This document shows positions 18,934 through 32,061 of a DNA stretch of 64,000 nucleotides, in pieces. The notes under the pieces are model-generated. The model ran no database searches. It had not been told where the DNA came from and saw only the letters and a program-made list of their open reading frames with translations. The position numbers were made by a program, and so were the translations under genes. The DNA is from Trichinella spiralis (lineage: Eukaryota): positions 6,881,051 through 6,945,050 of the forward strand of contig NW_003526941.1 of the NCBI RefSeq assembly GCF_000181795.1. The letters run 5' to 3'. Position 1 is the stretch's first letter. The number at the start of each line of letters is the position of its first letter.

Positions 18934-19803
18934 ATGGATGAACTCAACTATACAATGATGTTTCCATTCGAGCGAAATTTCGATCCGGTGCCGTCAACTG
19001 TGTGGATGCAGACCTACTGGGCCCACAGTATTACTGTTTCCATATTCTACGCTTTTGCAATACACCAGGGTGTCAAGTGGATGGAAAAACGTCCAGCACT
19101 GGCATTGGATGGTCCGCTGGTAGTTTGGAATGCGCTGTTGGCTTTGTTCAGCATATTTGGTTTTTTGAGAATGACTCCGGAATTTTTTTATTCGCTTTTT
19201 TACGGCGGCTTCGAGTACAGTGTTTGCAATTCCAGCTATGCTAAAGGTGTGACAGGCTTTTGGACTGAAATGTTCGCCTTGTCTAAATTATTCGAACTCG
19301 GCGATACTGCATTCATTGTTCTCCGCAAGCGGCCGCTGATCTTTCTCCACTGGTATCATCACATCACTGTTCTAGTCTACACTTGGCATGCTTACAAAGA
19401 TCATACGGCTGCCGGCCGTTGGTTCGTCTGGATGAACTATTTGGTCCACTCGTTCATGTATACATACTACATGGCCAGGGCAATGCGTTTTCGTCCCGTC
19501 AAATGGATTCCTATGGGCATCACAATATTGCAAATTACACAAATGGTAATCGGTTGCTTTGTTGCCATTACCGCCTACATGGTTAAACAAAATGGGAAAT
19601 CTTGTCAGCAAACTTTTAGCAATTTGTACTTTTCTTTTCTCATTTACGCATCCTACTTTTTGCTCTTTGCCCACTTTTTCTACAGAACATATTTGAAAAG
19701 TCATCAGAAAGCTGCGGCTACTTCCACTACTACTACTACTACTACTACTAATGGTATGGTAAGCAGCAATGGCTTTATCCGTAAAGGTATCAAAGCGGAA
19801 TAG
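18934..19803 (+). CDS. Fatty-acid elongase (ELO/GNS1/SUR4 family, ELOVL6-like), single coding exon, 289 aa
   Basis: SKLFELGDTAFIVLRKRPLIFLHWYHH, MNYLVHSFMYTYY and ITILQITQM motifs; multiple TM segments; C-terminal poly-Thr from an (ACT)n repeat. Confidence 0.95.
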   Translation: MDELNYTMMFPFERNFDPVPSTVWMQTYWAHSITVSIFYAFAIHQGVKWMEKRPALALDGPLVVWNALLALFSIFGFLRMTPEFFYSLFYGGFEYSVCNSSYAKGVTGFWTEMFALSKLFELGDTAFIVLRKRPLIFLHWYHHITVLVYTWHAYKDHTAAGRWFVWMNYLVHSFMYTYYMARAMRFRPVKWIPMGITILQITQMVIGCFVAITAYMVKQNGKSCQQTFSNLYFSFLIYASYFLLFAHFFYRTYLKSHQKAAATSTTTTTTTTNGMVSSNGFIRKGIKAE

Positions 19804-20379
19804 AACTCTGAATCTTCTGTTTTATGCTTTTTTTTGATGATAATTTTTTTAAATATTAATTGCTACTTGATTTCCTTCCTGCCGTCGTGTTTGTGTCTTT
19901 ATCACACAGGCTGCCATGTAAATCAAGCAGATGAAGCTGATTGCAGGGCTAGTAGTATGGTAAAAATTTGTAAAGCATCGTGTTGGATTTTCTTTTTATT
20001 ACTTTCTCTTTCAGTTGCCATTATTTTGCACAAATTTTCATTTTATCATATCACCGCTCAATTCCACTGTCGATACGGTGATAATGCTTTTTATTACTTC
20101 GGCTTTTGTCATCTTTATGGCAACGGATGGTGTGACTTTAATTTTCTAGTTAGACGGACAACAGTTGTTTCAACGAAATTTGACATGTGCCTGTTTTCTG
20201 TGCTCACACGCATTCTTTGTCACGAAACGCGCATCTCGAATTTCTCTTTTCCTCCCTTGATCATTTTATACATTCATTAGAAACACGCCCACACACATAT
20301 ACATACATTTATTTATTTTTTATACATGTATATTCTTTTAATGTTCGTTTAATACAAAAGAAAAAAAAGTGTTTTACAA

Positions 20380-21575
20380 CTAAGTTGTGCTTTGAAGCGT
20401 TTCATTTTTTTCTGATTTTTTTTGTTCTTGATCATCAGCTTCTTTTTCCTCCTGCTGATCGTAATAATCGTCATCAGATTCATCGCTGTCTTCATCATCA
20501 CCATCACCATATTCATATTCTTCGTAATCCTCTTCTTCCTCCTCATCACCATTATCTTCATATTCTTCTTGTTCTTGCATTTGTATCCAAAGTACGTGGA
20601 CAATGTTGAAAAATTGCCGCACACAAGCCAACTGCAACCCGTAATAGACGATCGAGGCGGCGATGAAAATCCAACTGACCACCAAATACCAGTCGAACGA
20701 CTTTTCCATGGTAGCTTTCAGCGGTCCAGAGGAAAGCTTTTCCCAGGCCGGTAAATGATGCGCCTGGAGATCTAGAAAATTGTTCTTCTGACAAAGCAGA
20801 AAAGCAAGTGGAATTTTCAAGATTGCGCTTGCTTCTTACTGGTATGTTTTTCGACAAAGCGAATCACCTGAGTCAAATTCAGCGGATCGACATGAGGCTC
20901 AAGACGAGCGACTTGTTCACCTTGGTATATCAACACGACAGTGGGCGTGGCTACGATGCCGTAGACGTAATTATATCTGCAAAATTAAGAGAAGAAATTT
21001 CGAAAGAAGACAACAACCGAAAATTAGATCAATTTCTTATTGTAATGCCTGCTTGAATCTTGAGTTGCGTCGATAGCAGTGACGAGGAGGTGCGGGAAAA
21101 GTGCCGGCAAAGTGTTGTAATCTTTGGCGAAACGCGCAGAAAATGGACAATAGGGTGAGAAGAAATTGACCAATGCACAACGCGCACATGACCACGGCAA
21201 TTGACCATCGCATGCTTTGTCTTTGTTGTTGCGGTATTTTTTCATCTGATTCAACAGTTGATGAAAATCTTCTGGACGTAAAATACGCACCATCGCATTT
21301 GCTGATGTCCAGTTGTTGTTGTTGTCGCTTCCACCTCCTCCACAATCATAGATGAAATTGGAATCATCACGAACAGGCGTTGTCCACTCTTCATCAGCAT
21401 CGATTGGACATTGTCCAAGAAAATTGAAATCAATCCAACTTTTCAACGTACACGACGGAGGAATTTCGACGGCAGACGACGCGTCGACTACGTTCACTGT
21501 GTGCATTAACGCAGCTACCAAGCTTACTACTATCACCACCGGTAAGCAGTTCCATGCCGGCCAACGGTACAACAT
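20380..21575 (-). CDS. TXNDC15: Thioredoxin domain-containing protein 15 homolog (signal peptide, Trx fold with CPFS, TM helix, acidic tail); 3 exons
   Basis: LVNFFSPYCPFSARFAKDYNTLPALFPHLLVTAIDA..YGIVATPTVVLI..GPLKATMEKSFDWYLVVSWIF parallels TXNDC15 (LFYTPWCRFS..FNSLPRAFP..GPLPSTL..DWLLVFS). The first intron needs a GC donor at 21048. Confidence 0.85.
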
Positions 21576-22240
21576 TGCTAAGTCTGTCGATGTTTAAAAT
21601 AAGGTTAAACAAGAACAACAATATATACATATATACACACATGTAAGCATCTATATACACACATATAGGTATAAAAATCACGCGCGTTGGAACGGCGTGA
21701 ATTTCTCAACGTACAATGCAAGCGGCGTTCAATTAATCCAATTGTTTATTTCAAAAATGCACAAATTATTCATTATCAAATCGACTCTTCGAATAAACAA
21801 CAAAATAAACAAAGATAAATAAATAACAAGCGCGTCATCGAAAAAGCGACTAGATTAAAATTTAAGAAAATATGTAATTTTTTTCATTTTATAATTCATG
21901 CCTATAATTTTCAACAGCATTAAATGTTTAATTGTCGTTGTTGTTTGTTCTTCATATGTGCTTATAATAAATATTTTAGGTAAGACAAAATTTACCAAGG
22001 GAAAATGTTCATTGCTAATTTAAGTAACTGCGCTTGATTAGACAAATGAATTTGTACATACAGTGGCATGGAATTGATGACGCCTTCGGACATCCCATAA
22101 TAAGCGAATCTGTTAGAATTTTTTTCCGCTTTGATATTGTTTACAAATAAAATCGCAATTTAGAATTAGCAAATAATGGCGGCAAGATGGAAAGTACCAC
22201 ACCCATCAATTACTGAAATAAACGACGACGACAAAACTGT

Positions 22241-25200
22241 TCACAGTATAGAACACTTCTTCGGATACTGAGGTACGTAGGCGACCCGTTCACGGCCAAG
22301 TACCCAAAATTTGTTCGTCCTGTTGCCGACCTCATACAGAACTTCTGCAATGGGTACCGCCTCAAGAGTTTGACGCTAAAACACAATTATCAACTTTAAA
22401 ATCACCGCAAAATCAATTAATTTATATTCAATAAATACAATTCCATTCTCTACAGTAGGAAAGAAGTTTGTAATCACTAAAATTTGAATTTATAAATGAA
22501 ACATCCTTTTGTCAGTCAGACACTGCAATGCAAGTACAATTCAATGTTTTCATTTTACAGATTAAAAACATGATCATTAAAATTAAAAAATTAAATTAAA
22601 ATAATTATCTAAAATAATTTGAACTTCGTTAATTTCATTAACAGAAGCCTAGTCATTAGATAACCAACTGTAGCATACTGTAGCACGATTTACTTTAGTT
22701 ATGGTGAAATATTTGTTGAACTGTGCTGACGTGGACATACAATTTACAACAAATCACTTGCTTACTTTCAAAATTACAGTATGCAATTGAGAAGCGCGAA
22801 AAGATGTGAATATTGCATAAAAGCTTCATCAACTACACAGTTAGACAACTTTGAAAGATTTTCATCAATAATTCAAGCAGAACGTTTGGCACAGCAGTAA
22901 AGAACTATGCATCCGGTAAGTGAGTTTCAATTTTTTGTTTGGTGTCTCTTTCTGCAGTGATCACAAATTTATAACTTAGTTAATGAAAAAAATTCTGCTA
23001 TTCTTTTTCCAAAACTATTTCGCATTTTCAAACTGTTTTACTTTTTTGTCGAGATGAATGATCAAATGTATGTGACGTTGTTAGTTAGCCATTAGGTAAT
23101 CATGTTTTACATAACTAACTTTTCTGTCAAATTTGGCAGCAACTAAACAGATTACATCCGGCAATGATTTGTGTAATTCTGTAGCACAATTAGACGATCA
23201 ATTATTTGACTGGCTTCCTATTTTACGAATGTAACGCCAACACTTTGTACACTGCATAACGAAATCTAGTTTAACTGAGCAAAAGTGAATTGATAGAGTT
23301 GCGCTTATAACTAATGATACGCATGCATGTGTAGCAGTTTTTCTTTTACCTGTTTGAGAATTTTTGTCGATGACGTCTGTTTCTGAAGATGAGCTTTAAT
23401 TAAGCGTTCTGATTGTTCGCTAATAGCGGGAATGGGAAATTTTTTTATTGGTAACACCTAAACGAACAAGCTTTAATAATGAGTCCATTTATCGCGCCCA
23501 TCATCAGGTTGCGTTTACCACTGGTTGACATTCGACTAGCACCAAATCACCGGTCACTTTTTGCAGTTCTTCATCAGGGAGGTGAACTTCGTGGCAATAT
23601 TCATCCTTGAGGACACTGCTGAAAATATTAATATTTCTCTTTCTTATTGAATAACTTTTTACAAAATGATTATTTTTTTTCTGTTAGAACAATTGCAGTG
23701 TTTTTATTATTGTATTCGTTATTGTGATGTTATTTGAATTCTGTTATGGGTAAACTCATTAACGTTACAATTTATGGCAGAATAGTTTATTGATTTTTCT
23801 TATTTTCATCTGATAGCTAACTTGTTCTAATGGGTTGATGATTTTTCATGTTAGTGACTAGTGACTTCATTTTAGTTTATGTTAGAGTTAGTAGATTTGT
23901 CAATGTTTAATGTTATAAAGCCATCTTCATGCATTGCAAACATCTATTCAAATAATTTTTGAATAGGTAGATTTTGTGATTTTCAAGTTCAGTGAAATAC
24001 AGTACGTAATACTATTTTCATTTGAAAGTGACTCCTTGATGAAAAATTTATTAAGGACTGAATTATATGCGAATATATTTAATAACAATCTGAAACTTAC
24101 TATTTTACTCGAACCTTTGTGACGAAGCGCACCTTCCCTGTACCATTGCATACCGTACACGGTTTACTTCCAAATCCTTTACATAGATTGCAACTAAATT
24201 AGTAACAGCTATTTCGATGATGTGTATTCAAGATTAGTAGTCAAATTACGGTCTTAGGCCACGTCCTTGGCATACACCACACAGATCGACAATTGTGAGA
24301 CCTGGCGGGGGGATTCCGGTCAAAGTACTGAGGTGAGCAGGAGTACCTAGGCCGAAACGTTTCCGACTTTTACTCGCCGATGCTGTGCTTGCATTTGAAT
24401 AGCTTCGACTTCCATCATAATAAGGAAATGTGGCGACAAGTGGATGCGTGACCACGGCCGGATGAGGCACTCCGGATTTCATACCAGTTCCATTACAAGC
24501 GTTGCAACGGATTGAACCCGAATTGCGACAATGAAAACAAAGATTAACACCTTGACCATGACAAGATGCACACTTCTGAAATGGTAGACAAATTTTAAAA
24601 TGTAATCTTCAAAGAAGATATAGAGTAATTTAGCTACAATTTTAAATTAGATGAAAATGTAAAAGCACTTACAGCTATGCGAGACGATCCTGGCATATTG
24701 AGAACTTTTGTTTCTTCCGTGAACATCCGAGTAGGCGAGCATGGTACTTCCCAGATATTATTGCAGTGAAGTTCGAGTGCTTCGAATTCATCTGAAGAAA
24801 ATTTTTTCATTAAATTTTTGAAATTCATCATTCTGTTAAAAGAACATGATAATGGTCGTGTGGAATCAGAATTACCTGTACCAGGCTCGCATGTAGGTTG
24901 CTTGCTTCTGGTCTCAAGAAACGATTCTATCCGATACTGTCAAGTACAGATTAATTGATGAATAATTAATTGACATATGAAATACTTACTCGCATAGTAA
25001 CAGAACCGTCAATTTTTACAATTTTCAAACCGTTTAATGTTGAGCTGCTCCAATATTTATGTTTTTTAACTTCAGAATCAAGAGACTGGCGAATTTCTTC
25101 CTCGGTAAAAGATGGAAATCTGAAATATTATTTGATAAATTGAACATGATTGTATAATGTGCACGTGGAAAAATAAGAGAGAAAGAAAGTGAAAAATAAG

Positions 25201-27382
25201 GCACAACGTAGAAAGCAGCAGAACACAGAAGCAAATAAGCTAACATACAAAATCAATTCAGCTGTAACAAAGTTGCATCTGGTTGCGAAAACAAAATAAA
25301 ATAAGCCACCAGACGCGACATCGATGGTTTGATATTTTAAAAAATTACAAGCAAAAATTAAGCAGCTGGCCATCGGCCCTCCGAGTGCTGGATGTAGACG
25401 TTTCGTTGTTGCTGAAAAGATAAAAAAATAAATCTCCAACAAGCATATGAAAATAAACACTTCAGATGAACTTTATTATTTTTTTCCTCTTTTTTCTGCT
25501 TTCGTTCGTCTTTTTGTGAATACCAGTTTATCAGTCAGTTGCTGACATCAGAGGAACTTTTACTTATTTCAGTAGATGCACAGGGAGGGAGAATGGAAAA
25601 CAAAAGTCGCCATGAAATGCAGTTTAATGAAAGCACCAATCTAAGCGAAGCTCTTGAATTTCAAATTAAACTGGTCGACTAAAATCGATTCGATCCTATG
25701 CATCACGTTTTGATTGATTGATTGTGCTTTATATTGTGGATTTTAATTCAGCCAGAAGAGTATTGAAGCAGAATTTCTTTGTCAAATCAACTACGCAACT
25801 CACTATCAAATGTACAGCTGCAGTTTAAAACAAAAAGAGAGCAAATGCGATATCAACTAAGCTACTTATAAACAACTCATTTCGCAGCAGATGATCACTA
25901 CTATGATAAATGGCAAATATGCCTTTTGGTAGTTTTTTTTTGGCATACCTCACTTTAATACAAGAGTGAATGAAACAGATTTCCATAAATGGAAAAATTA
26001 AAAAATATCCCCTTCAAAATTTAGCTTTTGAATTTGAAAATTTCTTAAAAATCAAAGGATCACCCATGAGTGAGAAAGGAATATTATTACTTGATGCTGA
26101 ATATTCTGTTGTTTGTCATTTTAAACGTTGATTCTCTTAATCGTTTTCGGCTTACCCAAGCATGCTTCATTCAGCTGAAAATACAAGTAAACTACAACTG
26201 CAGTCGGTGATCGGCATTTTGTTGCATCCAGCTCAGTTGTAAGTCGGTCGGCTGTACTGGTCAATATGAATTCGATTGAAATCCTTTCTTAAGGCGTGTT
26301 CAATAACATTGGGTATTAATTATTTTCATAAAGTTATCAAGCGATCGATCTGTTTTTTTTCTGTTCCACTTGCAACAAAATATTATGCTTCTTATGGCAT
26401 AATTTCTGGCAAAAAATACTCCACGGTAACATCATTGACCAGCTTTCTGCTCTGTCGAATACTGTGCCAGTGACGTTCAAGTAATTTTCATACTGTACTG
26501 ATTTGTTTCATTTATCAAAAAAAGAAGGTTTTTGGGAAATGAAGTTGGGTTGATTTTTCTCAGTATGAGATTAGTGTTGTTGGTTAACGAAATGACAAAG
26601 CAGTTGAACATTTGTAAGAATTTTCTGCTCTTCATTTAAGGCGATATTAACAATACAGACAACAGTTGCTTGTTCTAGTAAAGATATTCGAGGTTTATTG
26701 TTTTTACAATTCCTTGTTACAGGAAAAAAGAGAACTGTATACATATTTGTAATTCTTTTTTTCCTTTCTAAATTAAAAACTTATAATTATGCAGATTGAA
26801 AGTTCCCATGAATATTTGCAGATGGAATCTTTTATAATCTTTGTGAAAACGATTTGTCAAATGTTCCTCCATTGCTACACTATTGATCCAGTGCTGTTTG
26901 CTCACAAACAAAGAAAAATAAATAAGCAAATGACATTTACTGATTTTTAATGTTTTTTATAAAAAATTTAACATAAGTTAGTAGAAACAAAGTAGCAGAA
27001 GAGAAATGAAAAAATATAACTGTAACTGATAGTTCTCAATTTATACGTTGATTTCAGTGCAGCATTGAATGATTTGTTGAATAATAATGAGGCAGTGGAA
27101 AGTTTAGCATAACGTTAATGAACTTTAGTCAATCTCTAGCCATGCTAATCTGTGATTGGTTATCAGTGTGAATTTATTGTCTGTGCGTATGTGTATATGT
27201 ATATGTACGTATGCTTTTCAAACTTGAAGTTTTACATAAATAATAATAACATTTACTTACTGTAATTCATGCGCTAGACTTGGAGGTATGGATGCATTGT
27301 GAAGATAGTGACTGATTGAGAAACGGTTTTCACGTTCACGCATCCGCGCCATCGAGACCTTGGCTTTGGCGTTTATTGGCAT
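22241..27382 (-). CDS. SSUH2: SSUH2/SSU-2 homolog with DnaJ-type CxxCxGxG repeats and C-terminal CaaX; multi-exon, first exon 27382-27261 tentative
   Basis: TEEEIRQSL..YRIESFLETR; IWEVPC.P.RMFTEETKVLNMPGSS; CASCHGQG, CNACNGTG, CGVCQGRG, CNLCKGFG, CTVCNGTG; ends RQTLEAVPIAEV.Y..FWVLGRERVAYVPQYPKKCSIL. The upstream exon MPINAK..AHELQ ends in phase 2 and fits the exon at about 25119. Confidence 0.85.
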
Positions 27383-28497
27383 CGCTGGCGGCACAGGAGG
27401 CGCTGCTGGCGATTGCTTTCATTTCGCGCCAGGCGAAACTGGCGTGAGGGATTTTTAATATTTAATATATATTTGAAAAAGATTGTCTTCAACGTTTTCA
27501 ATTTCTCCAAACACTTATTCAACAGGCAATTGCAATGTTTGCAATGGGAGATGAAGCTTCTTCACCGTTGTAAGTTCTGTAAAAATGTGAAAATAATTAA
27601 TCAAAAATTAAACAACAACAACAAATACGGTAGAATATGGTTGAATATTAAGAAATTTGAATAAAATTTCACGCAACGGTAGGTGAGAGTTTTGTCGAAT
27701 TGAAAGCGACAAGCTTTGGTCAGAGGCGTGTCGTCGGCGGTTTTAGTGGAAATGCACATAAAGCACACTAACGAACTCCTTCCGTCAAAAGTGGCAGCAT
27801 TGATTGATTGGCTAGTTGATGAGATGCTGAACACCAACTATTTTGATGTCGGTGGAGATTTCTTCTCGTTCAAATGGCAAGTTGTGTGCATTTTGGAAAT
27901 TAAAGCATCAGTTTGGAATTAAGCGGAAAAAACAAGTGAGCTTTGCAACCGCTGAACAAGAAGGGCCTGAATCTGTGGCAAATTTTGAAAAGCTCTGAAA
28001 AGCTTTCATCTTCCAAAACTGACCAACCGGTCGAAATTTGTTCAGCTTTTTTCTATATAGTTCAGGCTAGATTGTATGCAGTTGATCAGTTTATTCAGTT
28101 GAAATTAATGCTAATCATACTATGTATGATGAAGAGATGCAAATATGAACATGTGAAACCTTCTTCTTCTTCTTCTTTTAAAGTTATTATTAGCAAGCTT
28201 AATTTTCACTGCTCATCTAGACCGAATGGAAAGTAATCAAAAAAATAAACATCAACCGGCATTAAATTATTTCACTTATTCACAGGATGATGAAAATTTT
28301 GGAAATTGAATACATTTCCGTAACCAAATGATCCCTACGTTTGTCAGTTTTATTTTTTGCTCTTTCTTTGACTTTGTTTTCCCAATGTGCCAGAATTTAT
28401 TAATTTCATCTTGTAAACAATTATATTTTTTTGCTTTGAAATTTTATATGCATGAAATAGAGAAGAAATTGGAAAAGTAATCGATATGATTGATAAT

Positions 28498-28524
28498 ATG
28501 TATATATATATATATATATATATA
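28498..28524. repeat. (TA)n microsatellite
   Basis: TA dinucleotide run. Confidence 0.9.
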
Positions 28525-29060
28525 TCAGTTGCAATCTGCTTTTTTCCATTTGTTCATCTAGTTTTGGTTTTAAATTTGAATCAGTTAAACAGTGGGCAAA
28601 AGTTATGCTTTAATATTTAAGTTTGCAAATTTAAATTACCCATTTCAAAGTTGAACAAGTGACGAGCTACTTTGAACAGCAGCAACATTAAACGTCATTT
28701 CATTCATTCATTTATTCATTCTATGCAATGCTAGTCGACTTTTTGTGCTAGGCCAAATGTTTTAAATATTCATTTTCAGTTATGCCCAATAATTATTCAT
28801 TTAATGAATAATATATTTATTTATTGTTTGTTTGTTTCTTCTTTTTTTGCTTTACAATGCGTTGCTAATTGTCGTCTTCGGAAGGACAGGCGCGTGCGCA
28901 AGGGAACAAATTCATTGAACGTAACTTTGTAATCGAATCAGCCGCGTTTCTTATTGAATATGATTAACCCGGAAAATGGTCACTTTTACTCTGTAAGAAT
29001 AGCAAACAAAATGAAAAACTGAACATTCTCGTTACTGTTGTTTATTATTTGTACATAATG

Positions 29061-29378
29061 TCAGCCGAAATCTTCATCTACCGTTTCAACAGATTCAATC
29101 CAATCGCTGTTAATTAAATAATATCCAATTAAAAATAATTCGTAAACAACAAACGAGACCATAATATAGGCAGGTATGGCCAGCGCCCAATATTTATCCG
29201 GAAGATATGTCAAATTGCACTTGTGAAGGTAGCTGTCGGGAACAAATGCCCACACTAAGTACGAAGCTAAACCAAACGCCGAGGTCAACAATAGCACAAA
29301 TCCATACACAGAACGTCCGAACTTTGGTTTAGGTGACCGGTCAATTTTTCCATCATCAATACGTTGAAACATATCCAT
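29061..29378 (-). CDS. PIGP: GPI-GlcNAc transferase subunit PIG-P
   Basis: SPKPKFGRSVYGFVLLL..YLVWAFVPDSYLH..LTYLPDKYWALAIPAY is the PIG-P signature; two TM helices. Confidence 0.92.
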   Translation of the reverse strand: MDMFQRIDDGKIDRSPKPKFGRSVYGFVLLLTSAFGLASYLVWAFVPDSYLHKCNLTYLPDKYWALAIPAYIMVSFVVYELFLIGYYLINSDWIESVETVDEDFG

Positions 29379-32035
29379 CCACTGGAGCCTCTGTTCACAA
29401 CTGAGAAACAGAGCTTCTCAGTAGAGGAATAAGTCTACGAAATAATTCTACATTTGTCGTTCGAAGGACCATTTGAAAATTGAATTATTGCCATCTTAAT
29501 GCCCCAAATGAAATATTGCTGTCAGAATTATTTTTCCTTTTTTTTCTTTTGATCGACTGAAAGCTGATCGAACAAAATGACCACTGAATAACTGAACAAA
29601 TAATTTGTTGATCGTTGAAGATGCTCAAAATTTGTCCAATATTCAATTTTTCTTTCAAATGCGATGATACATAACGAATATACAGTAATATGACAACAGG
29701 ATGGTTAATGGAATTCACGTTTAAACAACAAATACTGTATACAGTTGTGAGAGGATAATAGTTTGAAGATAATAATATGTTGAAATTGATGATAAAATTA
29801 GAAAAATAGTTTCTCTTTTTTTCATTTCTGATGGTGGAAAATGGAGAATAAATAAAATGTCATGGAATAATAAATTTTAATTCTTTTTCATTTTTTTAAA
29901 ACCTAAAGTTGAAGTCAATTTCTTCTGCGGCTTGCAAATTGGACGGCAGTTTGTTTGACGTTTGGTGAAAAGAGAGACGACTGAAATTAATTCTAACGAT
30001 GCACGGCTTTTCTAGATGGAATTTTTGCACTGCTTGTCTGGTTTTTTAAATAATTTTTTTAATTGCTATCCTGAAGTTAGTTGAACAAATGCTTGCGCAA
30101 CATTTTTCATCATCATATAACCTGAGCTCAAGTGTAATATTTATTGGATATTCGGATGATGTAATGAGTGATTTTTGTTTTTTTTTTTTGCTCGACGGTA
30201 GTTGCGTTTCAAGATGCTCGTTTTTTATTATTATTCCCAAGAACATTAGGAAAAACTATGAAACGAAACACACAGTTTGTGAATGAGAAACACGAGCGAT
30301 GATGAGACAGATGCGTGTATTGCGTAAATTGAGTTTCGCATAATCAATGGCTCAAGGGAGAGGAGGATGTTGAAGAAAATAAATTTCTCGTTTGTTAATT
30401 TATTACTCACAACAATATAGCAACGGTATTTTGCAATGGTGAAATTTGATTTTCAATCTTATTTATTCATTTGTTTCCTCAACTTTTTCCACTTATTCTC
30501 ATTTGAATAAAGTATGCTGCTCTTATGCTTCTCTCTCTCTCTCTTTCTCTGCCGCATCATGCGGTGAAATTCGAAACGTCAAAAGCGTCGTTACGTGCAT
30601 TCTTCATTCAGCTTCTTTTTTCTTATCCAAATTTTTATTTTATTCAATATTTTTTCTATCTATTGCACTTTCACAATAATTAATAATAATAATAATATAA
30701 CACGAGAGAGATTATTTGGTTGTTGAAAATTTTGTAAAACCTCCACCAAATTTGCTCGTTGTGATCAAGGAGAATTGTTTGTTTTTAAAATATGTTAGTA
30801 CGATGAAAATTGGAAAAATTTCCCCTAAGCATGTAATCAAGGAAGGATTAAGTTTTCACATTGGCTCATCAGAGAAAAGCAACAGCAAAAAACAAGAGCT
30901 AAAATCTAAAGTAAAAATCTCCGACATTTTAAGACAGGAAGTGTCGATCGATTTCTTTTTCTTTTTTTCAACTGTTCACTCTAGCAATCAACAGAGAATT
31001 TATTATTATCATTATTATTATTATCATAGCCTGCGAGCTCACTTAATTGGAAAAACATTATTCCATTTAATCGAGTAATTCTTGTTTTTTCTGCTTCTAT
31101 TTATTGATGTTCAAAATGCATAATTATTTTTATGGTATAATTTTTAATTTTCAAATTTTAAATATTTATATGAAAAAGAACAGATTAAAATAAGAACATC
31201 TAGCGTTGTTTGTTCACTTGTTGCGTGATGTAGTTGAAGTTAAATTTTTATGCAATGGCAGAACAAGAGAATAATTTGTAATGTACAAAAACAGTTAATT
31301 ATTCTATGGTTGTTGTCGAAAATATGATAGTCACCAAAATTTGAATGAATGAATGATAATTTTGTTCACTATTTTCACTAATATGTAAATTTTGCTTACC
31401 TTTAAAATGGGACTTTCTTTGCTTGAATGGCTACTAGTGAAGTGTGTTGAATTGATGTGAAGTTAATGAAGTCGAAAATCCGGCATAGGTTCCCACCCAT
31501 TGCAAAAGATGGAATATGCCAGTTCGTTTATGTATATGGAGTGTGCACGTATGGAATATGGACGAATAGAAAGAGAGAGAGAGCAGCGTCAATAGAAGAA
31601 GAGAGGGAGGGGGAGGGGTATGTGTGTATGTGCGTGTGCGCGTGTGTTTGTGTTAGTGTGTATTATGGTTAATATGTTGTTACCAACTGGCTGACGAAGC
31701 TGCAGAAGTTTGCTCCTCCTTGACGATGTGTGTAGTAATTTGTTAGCATAGCGCCACCAACAAACACTAGCCTGATTCGATTGATCTTCAGCTCAGTGTA
31801 GATGCCCCTATTCTTTGTGAAACGTTAATCCAGAAGTGGAAATCAAGCAGAAAGGCAGACACAGGAGGAGATTGGTAATTTTCCACCCAACCCTGGCAGT
31901 TTCAATTTTGTACGGCGTTGTTGATTTGACTTTTTCTCATTTTAAAAGTTAATTATTTATTATTATTATTTCTTCTTATACCAAAGAAATTGCCAGAAAT
32001 TATAACAATTTCCATTTTGAGAGATTACATATTTT

Positions 32036-32061
32036 TCTGATCTGATCTGATCTGATCTGAT
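32036..32061. repeat. (TCTGA)n pentanucleotide tandem repeat
   Basis: tctgatctgatctgatctgatctga seen directly. Confidence 0.85.

Noticed and set aside
19002..20280. Extra ORFs inside and after the elongase gene, including the 148-aa ORF 19834-20280
   Set aside because: Shadow frames or T-rich 3' UTR with non-ATG starts and no domain or splice support.
20349..21597. Many overlapping alternative-frame and antisense ORFs over TXNDC15
   Set aside because: By-products of the acidic trinucleotide repeats and higher-GC coding sequence; no independent motifs.
26100..26760. Coding-looking minus-strand fragments in SSUH2 intron 1
   Set aside because: Interrupted by stops, with no recognisable family or consistent splice phases; a relic cannot be supported without a tBLASTx search.
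30661..30680. TATTGCACTT resembling the miR-92 family 5' end
   Set aside because: The 3' half does not match and no hairpin partner arm is evident.
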